From a virus: DNA of 64,000 nt. The DNA is taken from IMG/VR virus record IMGVR_UViG_3300045988_090087. One strand, 5' to 3'. The position numbers were made by a program, and so were the translations under genes. Under the pieces are notes generated by a model that saw only the letters and a list, made by a program, of their open reading frames with translations, was not told where the DNA came from and did no database searches. Positions within the stretch are counted from its first letter, which is position 1. The number at the start of each line of letters is the position of its first letter. Shown one piece after another: positions 1-8,603 of the stretch.

Positions 1-2
1 GT

Positions 3-356
3 TCTAGAAAAAGTCCTATATTAAATGCTATAGTAAATGGTAAATCAGTAAATAACAGACTAAATTTCTTAGCTAATAATAATAGAACTGATGAATATGG
101 TTCTATAGCTGGAGGAAGAATAATTATATAGGCGGGTAAAGAAGTTCGTTTAGTTTCCGGAAGTATAGATAATATTAGAGATGAGATAGAAGCTATGAAA
201 TCTAGAAACAATGTTAAAACAGTAGATTTATATACTTTAGATAATGGTACTTATCATTCAGGATTAAGAACTTTTGATAAAATATTTACTAGAGATGACT
301 TACTAAAATATGATGCTCAAAATACGGGCGGAGGAAATTTTTTATATATAAAATAA
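3..356 (+). CDS. 3' end of a gene starting upstream of the window (unknown function); open only if TAG at 129-131 is read through
   Basis: Frame 3 is open from the window edge to TAA 354-356 apart from one TAG. A hairpin terminator follows directly. Confidence 0.45.
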
Positions 357-367
357 TTAAAACCACA

Positions 368-409
368 ATAGCCGAAGTTTCTCAAATGAGAAGCCTCGGC
401 TATTTTTTT
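368..409. terminator. Hairpin terminator between convergent genes
   Basis: ATAGCCGA (368-375) pairs with TCGGCTAT (396-403), followed by T7. It lies between the + gene ending at 356 and the - gene ending at 441. Confidence 0.55.
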
Positions 410-440
410 AAATTAATAAATATCCATCCCCAAATATTTA

Positions 441-599
441 TTAATAAGTAACAGATAATTCATTTAACTTATCACAAAAATCAAGAGTTAATTGATTATC
501 TTGTAAATCATTATCTCCTATAGTATCAATAATCTACTGTACTTCATTAAGTACTTTGTTCATTTTAGACTTTAAGTCTTTTAATTCTTTGTTAGTCAT
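441..599 (-). CDS. Small hypothetical protein (52 codons) with in-frame TAG at 534-536
   Basis: ATG 597-599 overlaps the upstream stop (TAATG). MTNKELKDLKSKMNKVLNEVQ-[TAG]-IIDTIGDNDLQDNQLTLDFCDKLNELSVTY-TAA. Confidence 0.4.
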
Positions 600-880
600 T
601 AATCAATTTTTATATAACCATTAACATCTAGATTATCATATATAGAAGTTATTGTATATCCTGTAATTGGATTTCTATAATGATATTTTTTAATTTCTAT
701 ATCTTCTTCTGAATTAGAATTTATATTTTGGTTGTCTTTAATCCATTGGTCTAAATCAGCTTCTGTTCCATTCTCTAATTGAAATAGAATCTTAGGTTCT
801 GATTTTAATCGTTTTAATTTTTTAGTAAGATTAGTTGTTTTTAAAATCTTACCATTTAATTCATAAATTGCTGCTATCAT
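599..880 (-). CDS. Hypothetical protein
   Basis: ORF track 599..892. The first ATG is at 878-880 (MIAAIYELNG...), 1 nt after the tRNA 3' end. Confidence 0.5.
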   Translation of the reverse strand: MIAAIYELNGKILKTTNLTKKLKRLKSEPKILFQLENGTEADLDQWIKDNQNINSNSEEDIEIKKYHYRNPITGYTITSIYDNLDVNGYIKID

Positions 881-918
881 GTTCTCCCACAAGGATTCGA
901 ACCCTGGCTAAAAGATTT

Positions 919-1921
919 CATTTTAACACCTCTGTAGAGGATTAGACTATCACATCCAGTCCTAGGACCAGTCTCTTTATTTAGTCGTTCACGCTGTATT
1001 TAAACTTGCGCCCTGTCACTTTATACTAAGTATATACGCTTCCAAGTCGATTAAAAGAGATTCTACTTAAAGATTATGGATTATCCTTTAAGCATCCAAT
1101 ATTTCAAAGTAATAGTTTTTCCAAAGAATGCCAACATTTCTATTTAGAGTTGCTCTACAAGTTTTCATTAATTTAGTAGTTACTAAATTATTATCCATTA
1201 ACCATTGACAACATTCTGCTATACACCCAAATCTTCTTATTTCATTATGAGAAGAGTCATATTGTATAACATACTTTTGATTTTGTTTAGTTAATCCAGC
1301 TTCTGATAAAACTTGTTTTACTGCTTTAGGATTTAAATTATATCTATCAGCAACTTTCTTTTGATTTTTTAATTCTATATAAGAACTAATAATTAAATTC
1401 TTTAATTCATCAGAAAGTTCGTATTTAGATTCTACTTTTTGTTTATTTTTAGCACCATAAGTAGTGGTTTGACTATGACAATTAGGACACAAAAATCTTA
1501 GATTTTCTATTCTATTATCATTATTTACACCATTAATATGGTCTAATTCTAGAGATAAAGTCTTACCCTGCCATTCTGTAATTCCACATATTGCACATGT
1601 ATAAGGAAGTAATTTGTTTCTTAATATATAGCTTCTTAATATATTACGTGCGTGTTTTGAATTTTCACATAATAATTTAGAAGCATCTATTTCTTTCTTT
1701 TCATTACAGTCGACTATAGCTGATTTGCCTCTAAAATCTTTACCTGATAAATTTAAATCTTGCATTCTTTGTTTAACTTGTGAATATCCCCAACTGTTTC
1801 CAACAGTAGTATATCCAAGTTTAAATAAAACTTCTGAGATATTCAGACTTGACTTAACTAAGTCTGAAAACTCTTTATCCGTAAGTTTATAAATTTTATT
1901 TTCCATACTTTAAAATTTTTA
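919..1921 (-). mobile_element. Group I-type intron in the tRNA anticodon loop, carrying an HNH ORF
   Basis: The 5' exon ends in U and the intron ends in G (919). The 3' core has an R-like AAAGAGACTGG, an S-like GTGATAGTCTAA (AGACT/AGTCT can pair as P7) and a terminal CCTC-TACA-GAGG hairpin. Confidence 0.55.
1088..1906 (-). CDS. HNH homing endonuclease (intron-encoded), no in-frame TAG
   Basis: CAICG...LELDHINGVNNDNRIENLRFLCPNCH (HNH/zinc motif). It lies entirely inside the tRNA intron. Confidence 0.85.
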   Translation of the reverse strand: MENKIYKLTDKEFSDLVKSSLNISEVLFKLGYTTVGNSWGYSQVKQRMQDLNLSGKDFRGKSAIVDCNEKKEIDASKLLCENSKHARNILRSYILRNKLLPYTCAICGITEWQGKTLSLELDHINGVNNDNRIENLRFLCPNCHSQTTTYGAKNKQKVESKYELSDELKNLIISSYIELKNQKKVADRYNLNPKAVKQVLSEAGLTKQNQKYVIQYDSSHNEIRRFGCIAECCQWLMDNNLVTTKLMKTCRATLNRNVGILWKNYYFEILDA

Positions 1922-1965
1922 AGAGTCTTCTGTGCTAACCATTACACCATAGGAGAGTAATATCT

Positions 1966-2187
1966 TTACATATGACTACTAACACTAAAAGAATTTTCAG
2001 TAGAAGTAGTTTTATTATTATTAGTGTCTATTGAGATAAACCCATTATGTGGTATATCTTTTAAACCTTTTAAAACCATATTATCTATAGTTAATTTAGG
2101 TCCATTAATAATATTTACTAGTTCTATTAATTGAGATACTGTAAGATTAGGAACTATCTTATTAATTTTTTGTAATGTTTCTATCAT
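1966..2187 (-). CDS. Hypothetical protein
   Basis: ORF track; it ends 10 nt upstream of the tRNA 5' end and tiles with its minus-strand neighbours. Confidence 0.5.
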   Translation of the reverse strand: MIETLQKINKIVPNLTVSQLIELVNIINGPKLTIDNMVLKGLKDIPHNGFISIDTNNNKTTSTENSFSVSSHM

Positions 2188-2464
2188 TTAAAAAATCCAC
2201 TATGTGTTTAAATTCTTGTTTATATTTTTTATATTTAGAATTATCTAAATTAGAAGAAAAATCTTCTAAAGATATATCTGAGATAATTCCAAATATTAGA
2301 CAAGCATTGTTAAATGTTTCATCATCTAATTTACTACAATATTCTTCAAATTCATCTACCTTTTTAGTCATGGTTATATGAATTACATTATCAATAACCT
2401 ATAAATTTATATTATACTAATCAGGAAGGTCTTTAATACTTTGTATTAGTTGTTCTTTATTCAT
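2162..2464 (-). CDS. Hypothetical protein; possibly extended N-terminally through two in-frame TAGs (2399-2401, 2417-2419). The standard-code version is 2162..2371
   Basis: The frame stays open from ATG 2462-2464 (MNKEQLIQSIKDLPD-TAG-YNINL-TAG-VIDNVIHIT-MTKKVDEF...) with no TAA or TGA. Confidence 0.4.
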
Positions 2465-2581
2465 TTAATATTTCTTTTTGATTACACGAGTAATATAGTC
2501 GAGGAAGAGAATATTAAAAGTTAATTTTTGTAAAAGTTAATATTTTAAGAAATTAAAATTAAAATTTTAAAAATTCAATTA

Positions 2582-3061
2582 CTAAATAAACTTATACTCA
2601 ATTATATTTTTTATAATTTGAGTTCTATCAGATATTTTACCTTTAAAAAAGTATTCAGGATTTAAATAGTAAACAGCTTTATATCTAGAATCTTTTAATA
2701 ACATCTTTTTCTTTACTAAAGAAGTAATAGTATTACGTATAGTTCCAGCAGCTAAGTTAGTTTTAATTTTAATAGTATCTCTAAGTTCTTCATCTAAAGA
2801 AATCTTATTTCCTGGAAGTGCCCTATCTTTATCTTCATAATAATTAGAAGTATACCATAAAACAGCTAATACATTAGACTCTGCTTTAGATAACTTATAA
2901 AATTCTTCATTATCTCTTAAATATATCTGGCAGAATTGTTCAGCACTAACAGTTTTAATAGTTTTAACTTCAGCTGATAATATCTCTCCACCCACTCCAA
3001 CTTTAATTGACTCTATTTGTTTCATATTAACATTTGTTTTAATTAAAATTAATTTATTCAT
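2582..3061 (-). CDS. Putative winged-helix DNA-binding protein
   Basis: LAAGTIRNTITSLVKKKMLLKDSRYKAVYYLNP resembles a recognition helix plus wing. The stop is TAG (2582-2584), followed at once by in-frame TAA. Confidence 0.5.
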   Translation of the reverse strand: MNKLILIKTNVNMKQIESIKVGVGGEILSAEVKTIKTVSAEQFCQIYLRDNEEFYKLSKAESNVLAVLWYTSNYYEDKDRALPGNKISLDEELRDTIKIKTNLAAGTIRNTITSLVKKKMLLKDSRYKAVYYLNPEYFFKGKISDRTQIIKNIIEYKFI

Positions 3062-3466
3062 TTTTTATATGATTCAAAATAAATTCACAAAAATTATGTC
3101 ACAAAAATTATGAATAGAACAAATGTAGGAATGAATGAAGTGAATCCTCCAATGAATAAAATAAATCTGTGAGTGCATAAAAAATTTGTAAGTGTCTGAT
3201 AATCAAGGAGTTATGAAAATACTCTTCTTATCTTATACGTGAAAAATATTTTACATTTTTAAAATTTTAAAATTTTTAAGTTACTTTATATATTCCCCCC
3301 CCCGTTATTTTTTAGGAACTGTTACATTAATGGCTTTTATTGAAGTAGTTAATTTTTAAATTAAATTTAGTGATTTACACGGGTGTTCACTGCCCCTTAG
3401 AGCCCCCCACATATTTGGAGTAAAAACCAAATAAAAATTATTAACAAATTTAAAAAGTTAAAGATT

Positions 3467-3880
3467 ATGAGAATTACAGTAAAAGGTGGCGGAGCTTTGG
3501 CACTTCGCCAAGTATCAATGGGGGCTGCAGCCATTCAGGCTGCATTGAACGGCAAAGCCACAGGTATCAAATTTACATTCACTGATGACACTTCAGTGTC
3601 AGCTAGTGAACAACCAATGCCAGGTGATGTTATGAGAGGAATTGCTGCCTCAAAGGCAGTAGTTGCCACCATGGCTAACGTCACTATAGAGGGATTAGAT
3701 GGCGTTCGTACTATCAATTGTAACCGAGTGCTAGCTATGTTGGCACCTGGAGCGGCTGATGTTGATGACGCCGTTAAAATCATCAACGAGAAGGGTTTCA
3801 AAGGTTTCACAGCTGATATTGAAACTCTTGAAAACTATGGTGGAGCAAAACGTTTTAATAACGTAATTGGTACTAAGTAA
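3467..3880 (+). CDS. Hypothetical Ala/Gly-rich protein; clear GC-rich compositional outlier
   Basis: ORF track; first + gene after the divergent control region, with a strong terminator downstream. The antisense ORFs are artefacts of its GC content. Confidence 0.7.
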   Translation: MRITVKGGGALALRQVSMGAAAIQAALNGKATGIKFTFTDDTSVSASEQPMPGDVMRGIAASKAVVATMANVTIEGLDGVRTINCNRVLAMLAPGAADVDDAVKIINEKGFKGFTADIETLENYGGAKRFNNVIGTK

Positions 3881-3888
3881 AGAAAAGG

Positions 3889-3922
3889 GGAGAGAGTAAT
3901 CTCTCTCCTTTAAAATTTTTTT
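3889..3922 (+). terminator. Rho-independent terminator
   Basis: GGAGAGAG-TAAT-CTCTCTCC followed by a T-rich run. Confidence 0.6.
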
Positions 3923-4542
3923 ATAAATTTCTTTGTATTTTTTGTATATGTTCAAAACTATTAAGGGAGTTTATGGAAAAAATAAGCTTGTTGACTTAGA
4001 AACTTTGGAATTCTACAATGTTCAACTTCCTACACAAATTGTTGGAATTTTTATGTTACTCATTGAAAATGATAAAGTTATCGTGGTCAAGTATGCTGTT
4101 TGGAGAGATAGTTGGAATTGGTGGGGGATAAGTTGGGAATGGATAAGGAAGGTCAGTTATTTATATGGATTGGTATGAGTTTGTGTGCACACGAACTCCC
4201 ATCCACCAAACAAACCTTTCCCCAATTTCCCAATCTCTCTCACTAAAACCAACTTATATATCACATCCAAATCATCCTATCACATCAAATAAATTTTAAG
4301 GATATTATACAATAATATTTTTATTCTTTGTAAGATGTTTTACTAAAAATAACAAAACAAAACAAAACACAAACAAAAACAAAAGGTTTTTACCCAAAGG
4401 TTGAAATCCCTGTCTAAAGTTTACTTTAGACAAAATCCTATATCATAAAGCATACCTCAACGTGGTTTATAGGTCTTAAAACTAAAGTGCTTAATATTCA
4501 TTTAAAAACCTCGCGATAGTATAAGGTAAATCGTATAAAGTT

Positions 4543-4845
4543 ATGCAGTATTTTTATATTGTAGTATACACAATTGTTGGTGATGATTTGACAATGTGTA
4601 AAATAGGACTCAATCCTCATCAACTAACTAAATGGGGAAGAAGAGAGGCTACAAAATATCCTGAACGTAGTTATAAACTGTACAGACAGTCTATAACACA
4701 TACTGGTAAAATTACATTCTATAAACAACTTAAATCATATGCAACTGAAGTAGAGCATAGTTTAAAAGTTGCAAAAGAAGGTTTTGATTGGGGCGCGTTT
4801 GAAGCAAATCGAGGGGCTGATATGGATATTGATATTTGTAGATAA
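4543..4845 (+). CDS. Hypothetical protein (alternative start MCKIGL... at 4594)
   Basis: ORF track. Confidence 0.45.
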   Translation: MQYFYIVVYTIVGDDLTMCKIGLNPHQLTKWGRREATKYPERSYKLYRQSITHTGKITFYKQLKSYATEVEHSLKVAKEGFDWGAFEANRGADMDIDICR

Positions 4846-4912
4846 CTACAAACACCTGAGCATGTGTATAAACTGCTCTTAACTAGATTATTAACTCTTT
4901 AACATTAAAATT

Positions 4913-5134
4913 ATGGATAGAAATGTATTAAATGATATAGTAAATATCTTATGTGCAAATATTGAGAAAGTACATGGAGTTATTATCACTCATAACGGCG
5001 TTATAACTAATGCTTATGGAATGAATAAATATGAGTATCTTGATAGAATAGTATTTAGTAATGAATACATGAATAATATTATTCTTGAATATAAAGATAT
5101 TAAATCCATAACCATTGTTGGTAATGAACAATAA
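4913..5134 (+). CDS. Hypothetical protein
   Basis: ORF track; tiles with neighbours. Confidence 0.5.
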   Translation: MDRNVLNDIVNILCANIEKVHGVIITHNGVITNAYGMNKYEYLDRIVFSNEYMNNIILEYKDIKSITIVGNEQ

Positions 5135-5145
5135 TAACATTAAAT

Positions 5146-5328
5146 ATGAAAGCAATAATCGAAAAAGGAAAAGCAGATAATAATATTCAAAGCTGCTTTA
5201 TATCAGAATGTGGAATTGAAATAATATTTCATAATAATGACTTGGCAGATAAATTTGCTAAATCATTAGATCCATTTCATATCTCATATGTAAAGAATGG
5301 AAATAAAATAACTATATCACATAATTAA
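5146..5328 (+). CDS. Hypothetical protein
   Basis: ORF track; tiles with neighbours. Confidence 0.5.
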   Translation: MKAIIEKGKADNNIQSCFISECGIEIIFHNNDLADKFAKSLDPFHISYVKNGNKITISHN

Positions 5329-5346
5329 ATTTAACACATTAACAAT

Positions 5347-5856
5347 ATGGAAAAGAATATCGTAAAAAATGGAACTAAAGTAATCCTCTTTGCATTAGAT
5401 ACAGAGGATACAAGTGTGACTGGTGTTATTACTGGTCATTGGTCAACTATGTATGGCAAACTCATGTATAAGTGTCACTATAAAGAGCTTGATGGTATTG
5501 AAGGAGATCTTGATAACCTCATGAGAGAAAACTTTGAGGTTGTTCCTAATAAGTTCATTAACTTAACACCTCACACCATCACTCTCAATAATGGTACAGA
5601 ATACCATGCATCAGGTAAAGTTGCTCGTGTCACTAACAAGTTCAGCAATTTTTGCTGTGGTATTTCCACAGTGTTCTATGGTGAGATTGAGAATCTCCCA
5701 GAGCCTGAAGAAGGTACAATCTATATAGTATCAGCAATGGTACTAGCAGCTGCTAAAAACAAAGGCAGAACGGATGTAGTTGCTCCTGCAACAGGTCATC
5801 CAGATTGTATCCGAAAGGACGGATTTATCGTATCCGTTCCAGGATTCGTAAGATAA
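5347..5856 (+). CDS. Hypothetical protein (conserved-looking C-terminal half)
   Basis: ORF track; an AACACATTAAC motif lies 4 nt upstream; GC is above the local background. Confidence 0.65.
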   Translation: MEKNIVKNGTKVILFALDTEDTSVTGVITGHWSTMYGKLMYKCHYKELDGIEGDLDNLMRENFEVVPNKFINLTPHTITLNNGTEYHASGKVARVTNKFSNFCCGISTVFYGEIENLPEPEEGTIYIVSAMVLAAAKNKGRTDVVAPATGHPDCIRKDGFIVSVPGFVR

Positions 5857-5947
5857 TTATTCATTATAACTCCAGTAAATAAAAGCATTGTATCAGGGTT
5901 GTAACCTGACTGGAGTTCTATTGTTTAACACATTAACACATAAAAAA

Positions 5948-6322
5948 ATGATAAAAGTATTGTTTAAATCAGAGGAATTGCTCATAGCAGCAGACTCTGA
6001 GAGTGCGGTGGTTTACGGAAACACCACAAAAAATACCGTAATAGAGTACCTCAGCAATCTTACTCCAAAGAATGGTGAAGAAGCGATGAGCATTATTATG
6101 CTAATCATGTTACTCGCTACAAGTAAGTATGTGGTAGCTAAACACATTAAAGTTACCACTAAAACAGAAGTGGTTGTAAAAACAGCTAAATCTTCAGTAG
6201 TTAAAACTGCTGAGGATGCTATCCGCATTGCCTCTAAGTTCGGTCTTAAGGCAGAAGTGCAAAGAGAGCTTGATAATGGCGCTACACCACTAGAAGCTCT
6301 TAAAGAGTGGGATATCATTTGA
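5948..6322 (+). CDS. Hypothetical protein
   Basis: ORF track 5888..6322. The first ATG is at 5948 (MIKVLF...), preceded by AACACATTAAC. Confidence 0.6.
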   Translation: MIKVLFKSEELLIAADSESAVVYGNTTKNTVIEYLSNLTPKNGEEAMSIIMLIMLLATSKYVVAKHIKVTTKTEVVVKTAKSSVVKTAEDAIRIASKFGLKAEVQRELDNGATPLEALKEWDII

Positions 6323-6403
6323 TGATTGTTTTAGTCCGTTCGAGTCCTGAGCAAGACTTTAAACTGCTCACTTTTTATTAGTTAAAAATTTAAATAACAA
6401 TAA

Positions 6404-6510
6404 GGGATAGAGTTGTAAAATAAATATGGTTGCAGTATCACCCGATGTGGCAACTAGTAGTATTATGCAATGAAATACTAATTAAGGTAGTGGGTTATCA
6501 ACTCTATCCC
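6404..6510 (+). ncRNA. Candidate structured RNA or 5' leader (three-helix element)
   Basis: A 12-bp closing helix (GGGATAGAGTTG / CAACTCTATCCC) encloses GTTGC..GCAAC and TAGTATT..AATACTA hairpins. Confidence 0.3.
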
Positions 6511-6529
6511 AATTAAACACTTTACAGAA

Positions 6530-6781
6530 ATGAAAAAGAATATCTTTGTAATCTCTACTATTTTTTTAGGGATAGTAGTTGTAGCATTATTATTTACAAT
6601 AGCTACTCTTCAGTCAGAAAATTCTGACTTACGTAATGTAGTACGTAACCAAGCTAATCAAATTAGCGAAGCCGATAGATACTACAACAATGTTGTAGCT
6701 AGAGGTATGTATGCTGATGATTCTGTGTATAAAGCATTGGATAAAAGTAATACAAAAATCCAAGTAAATATGAATAAATAA
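6530..6781 (+). CDS. Small membrane-anchored protein
   Basis: The N-terminal hydrophobic segment IFVISTIFLGIVVVALLFTIATL. Confidence 0.6.
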   Translation: MKKNIFVISTIFLGIVVVALLFTIATLQSENSDLRNVVRNQANQISEADRYYNNVVARGMYADDSVYKALDKSNTKIQVNMNK

Positions 6782-6792
6782 TTCCATATAAT

Positions 6793-7092
6793 ATGTTAAC
6801 AGGTCGATCAAGTCTCTTGCAGGTACATCAATTGTATCTGCGAGAGATAAAAAGTAAAGAACACTTACATTGGCGTAAACAAGTCATTAAAACACATAAT
6901 ATGGCTGTAGCCAATCGTAAATCTCATAATTATGCAGTCCAACTCTTGGTAAAAGCTACTAATATTCCATATTCAGTAGAATTAGCTAAGTTGATGAATC
7001 TTATAATTAATGGGAAATTTACACAACGAAAAATGTATTATGTATCTATTGATACTGCAATATTTAAACTTATAAATAATTTAACTATTTAA
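6793..7092 (+). CDS. Hypothetical protein
   Basis: ORF track. Confidence 0.45.
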   Translation: MLTGRSSLLQVHQLYLREIKSKEHLHWRKQVIKTHNMAVANRKSHNYAVQLLVKATNIPYSVELAKLMNLIINGKFTQRKMYYVSIDTAIFKLINNLTI

Positions 7093-7097
7093 ATAAA

Positions 7098-7562
7098 ATG
7101 AAAAAATACAACATTTGGAATAAAATTTTCCATAAAAGGGAATTAAACAAGAATGTTGCGGATTATAAACTTCAACAAGGTCTTGTTAATAGCTATGAGT
7201 GTTGGCTTACTAAAATTGGTAATGCTAACACTCTAGCTGAGTGTATGATACTCCATAAAAGAATTTGGCGTAAAGGGTTTCGTAATGCTAATCTTGGTCC
7301 AGATAAATATGGAATGTTTAGAACTAAAGATATAAACCTTATGACAATAAATGAGGTTTATATTGGAGGAATCTATGGTCTTAATACTCGAACTATCGCA
7401 CAATGGGAAGATCGTAAAGAAGAACCATATGATTCTACACAGACATGCTATGACATTGTCTTATGTGCGTATAAAAGATTGTTAAAATCTAACATTATAG
7501 CACTTGCAGATAATGCTAAGTTATTAGTAGCAGAGTACCAACAAAATAATTATAAGTTATGA
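7098..7562 (+). CDS. Hypothetical protein
   Basis: ORF track; tiles with neighbours. Confidence 0.6.
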   Translation: MKKYNIWNKIFHKRELNKNVADYKLQQGLVNSYECWLTKIGNANTLAECMILHKRIWRKGFRNANLGPDKYGMFRTKDINLMTINEVYIGGIYGLNTRTIAQWEDRKEEPYDSTQTCYDIVLCAYKRLLKSNIIALADNAKLLVAEYQQNNYKL

Positions 7563-7644
7563 TATTCTTACAAAATATTATTTTAATTACTCTCCTTATA
7601 GGAATGGGTAAAATAGCATACGATGATTTTAAAGAAATGAATTT

Positions 7645-8106
7645 ATGATAAATGTATTTCAAAATGAGAAGGAATATACAATTTCTGTGACTATTCCTAT
7701 TAAAAAAGTAAATTTCTCTGAAACTCCATCAAAAAGAGATTTCAAAAAGTTTGCAGAAGAAGTATTTGAAGCTTATACTAATATTATAGTAGAAGCTTTG
7801 GAAGCTCGAATGAATGCTTGTGTTAATGGTCTTATTAAGCATTCAGATGATGTAAAGTATTGTGATAGTAAATATATTACATACACTAGAAAATCTGGTG
7901 GAGAACATACTTTCTCTTATAATGCTTATGATACTATGCAAAGATTAGTTAAAAAAATTCAGCAATATAAGTTGGGTGAATTAACTAAGTCTGAACTCAA
8001 ACAGATTGCTAAAGCTCTTTATTGGGTTGAAGATAAATCAGATATTGGAAAATATACATTCCAGGACTTAATTGATGTAATCGATGAATACCGAGAGTTT
8101 AAATAA
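7645..8106 (+). CDS. Hypothetical protein
   Basis: ORF track. Confidence 0.6.
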   Translation: MINVFQNEKEYTISVTIPIKKVNFSETPSKRDFKKFAEEVFEAYTNIIVEALEARMNACVNGLIKHSDDVKYCDSKYITYTRKSGGEHTFSYNAYDTMQRLVKKIQQYKLGELTKSELKQIAKALYWVEDKSDIGKYTFQDLIDVIDEYREFK

Positions 8107-8458
8107 AAAAATTGTATCAGGTTGTGAGAGTCTTGCCGGTAAAGCTCTCACAATAGATCATGATGCTAGAACTTATCACATTGGTGATAGAGTAATTCCA
8201 TTTTCTTCTTGTGTTATTAAAGAAGGTAAAATTTATTACTTGACACCAATGTGTAAAGTTCTTGTTGATATGGGTTTTAAAGGCGTAGCAGATTTTACCT
8301 CTAATACAGTTATTTGTACTAGTTTTGATAATTGTAATCGCAATATTAAAACTGTAGGACTTGTAACTATCGACGACAGAGTCTTTATTAAGATTACTCT
8401 TAATTCAGAATTTCCAATGTATGAAGGTTACGAATCTTTAAGAAGTGAAGTTTATTAA
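8084..8458 (+). CDS. Hypothetical protein
   Basis: ORF track; overlaps the upstream gene by 23 nt. Confidence 0.55.
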   Translation: MNTESLNKKIVSGCESLAGKALTIDHDARTYHIGDRVIPFSSCVIKEGKIYYLTPMCKVLVDMGFKGVADFTSNTVICTSFDNCNRNIKTVGLVTIDDRVFIKITLNSEFPMYEGYESLRSEVY

Positions 8459-8603
8459 GTAAAAGAATGAAGCTACACTCTAGTACTATAGAGTATAATG
8501 AATAGTTGACATCTTGGAAAGAAAATTGGTTAATCATAAGACAAGACTTATGTATTTTTAAAATAAAATAGTTATCAACAATATACAGTTTAGATCATTT
8601 TCG

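Larger units (their letters stand above)
882..1956 (-). tRNA. Intron-interrupted tRNA; predicted spliced anticodon CUA (amber-suppressor type)
   Basis: Exon 1 is 1956->1922: TCTCCTA-TG-GTGT-AATGGTTA-GCAC-A-GAAGA-CTCT. Exon 2 is 918->882: AAA-TCTTT-TAGC-CAGGG-TTCGAAT-CCTTG-TGGGAGA-A. Joined, they give a 72-nt cloverleaf with loop CT-CTA-AA. Confidence 0.55.

Noticed and set aside
3933-4178. ORF 3933..4178 as a protein-coding gene
   Set aside because: Its C-terminal third (WRDSWNWWGISWEWIRK) is the G/T-rich arm of the long imperfect hairpin. It follows a strong terminator and has no supporting context. I kept it only as part of the structural finding.
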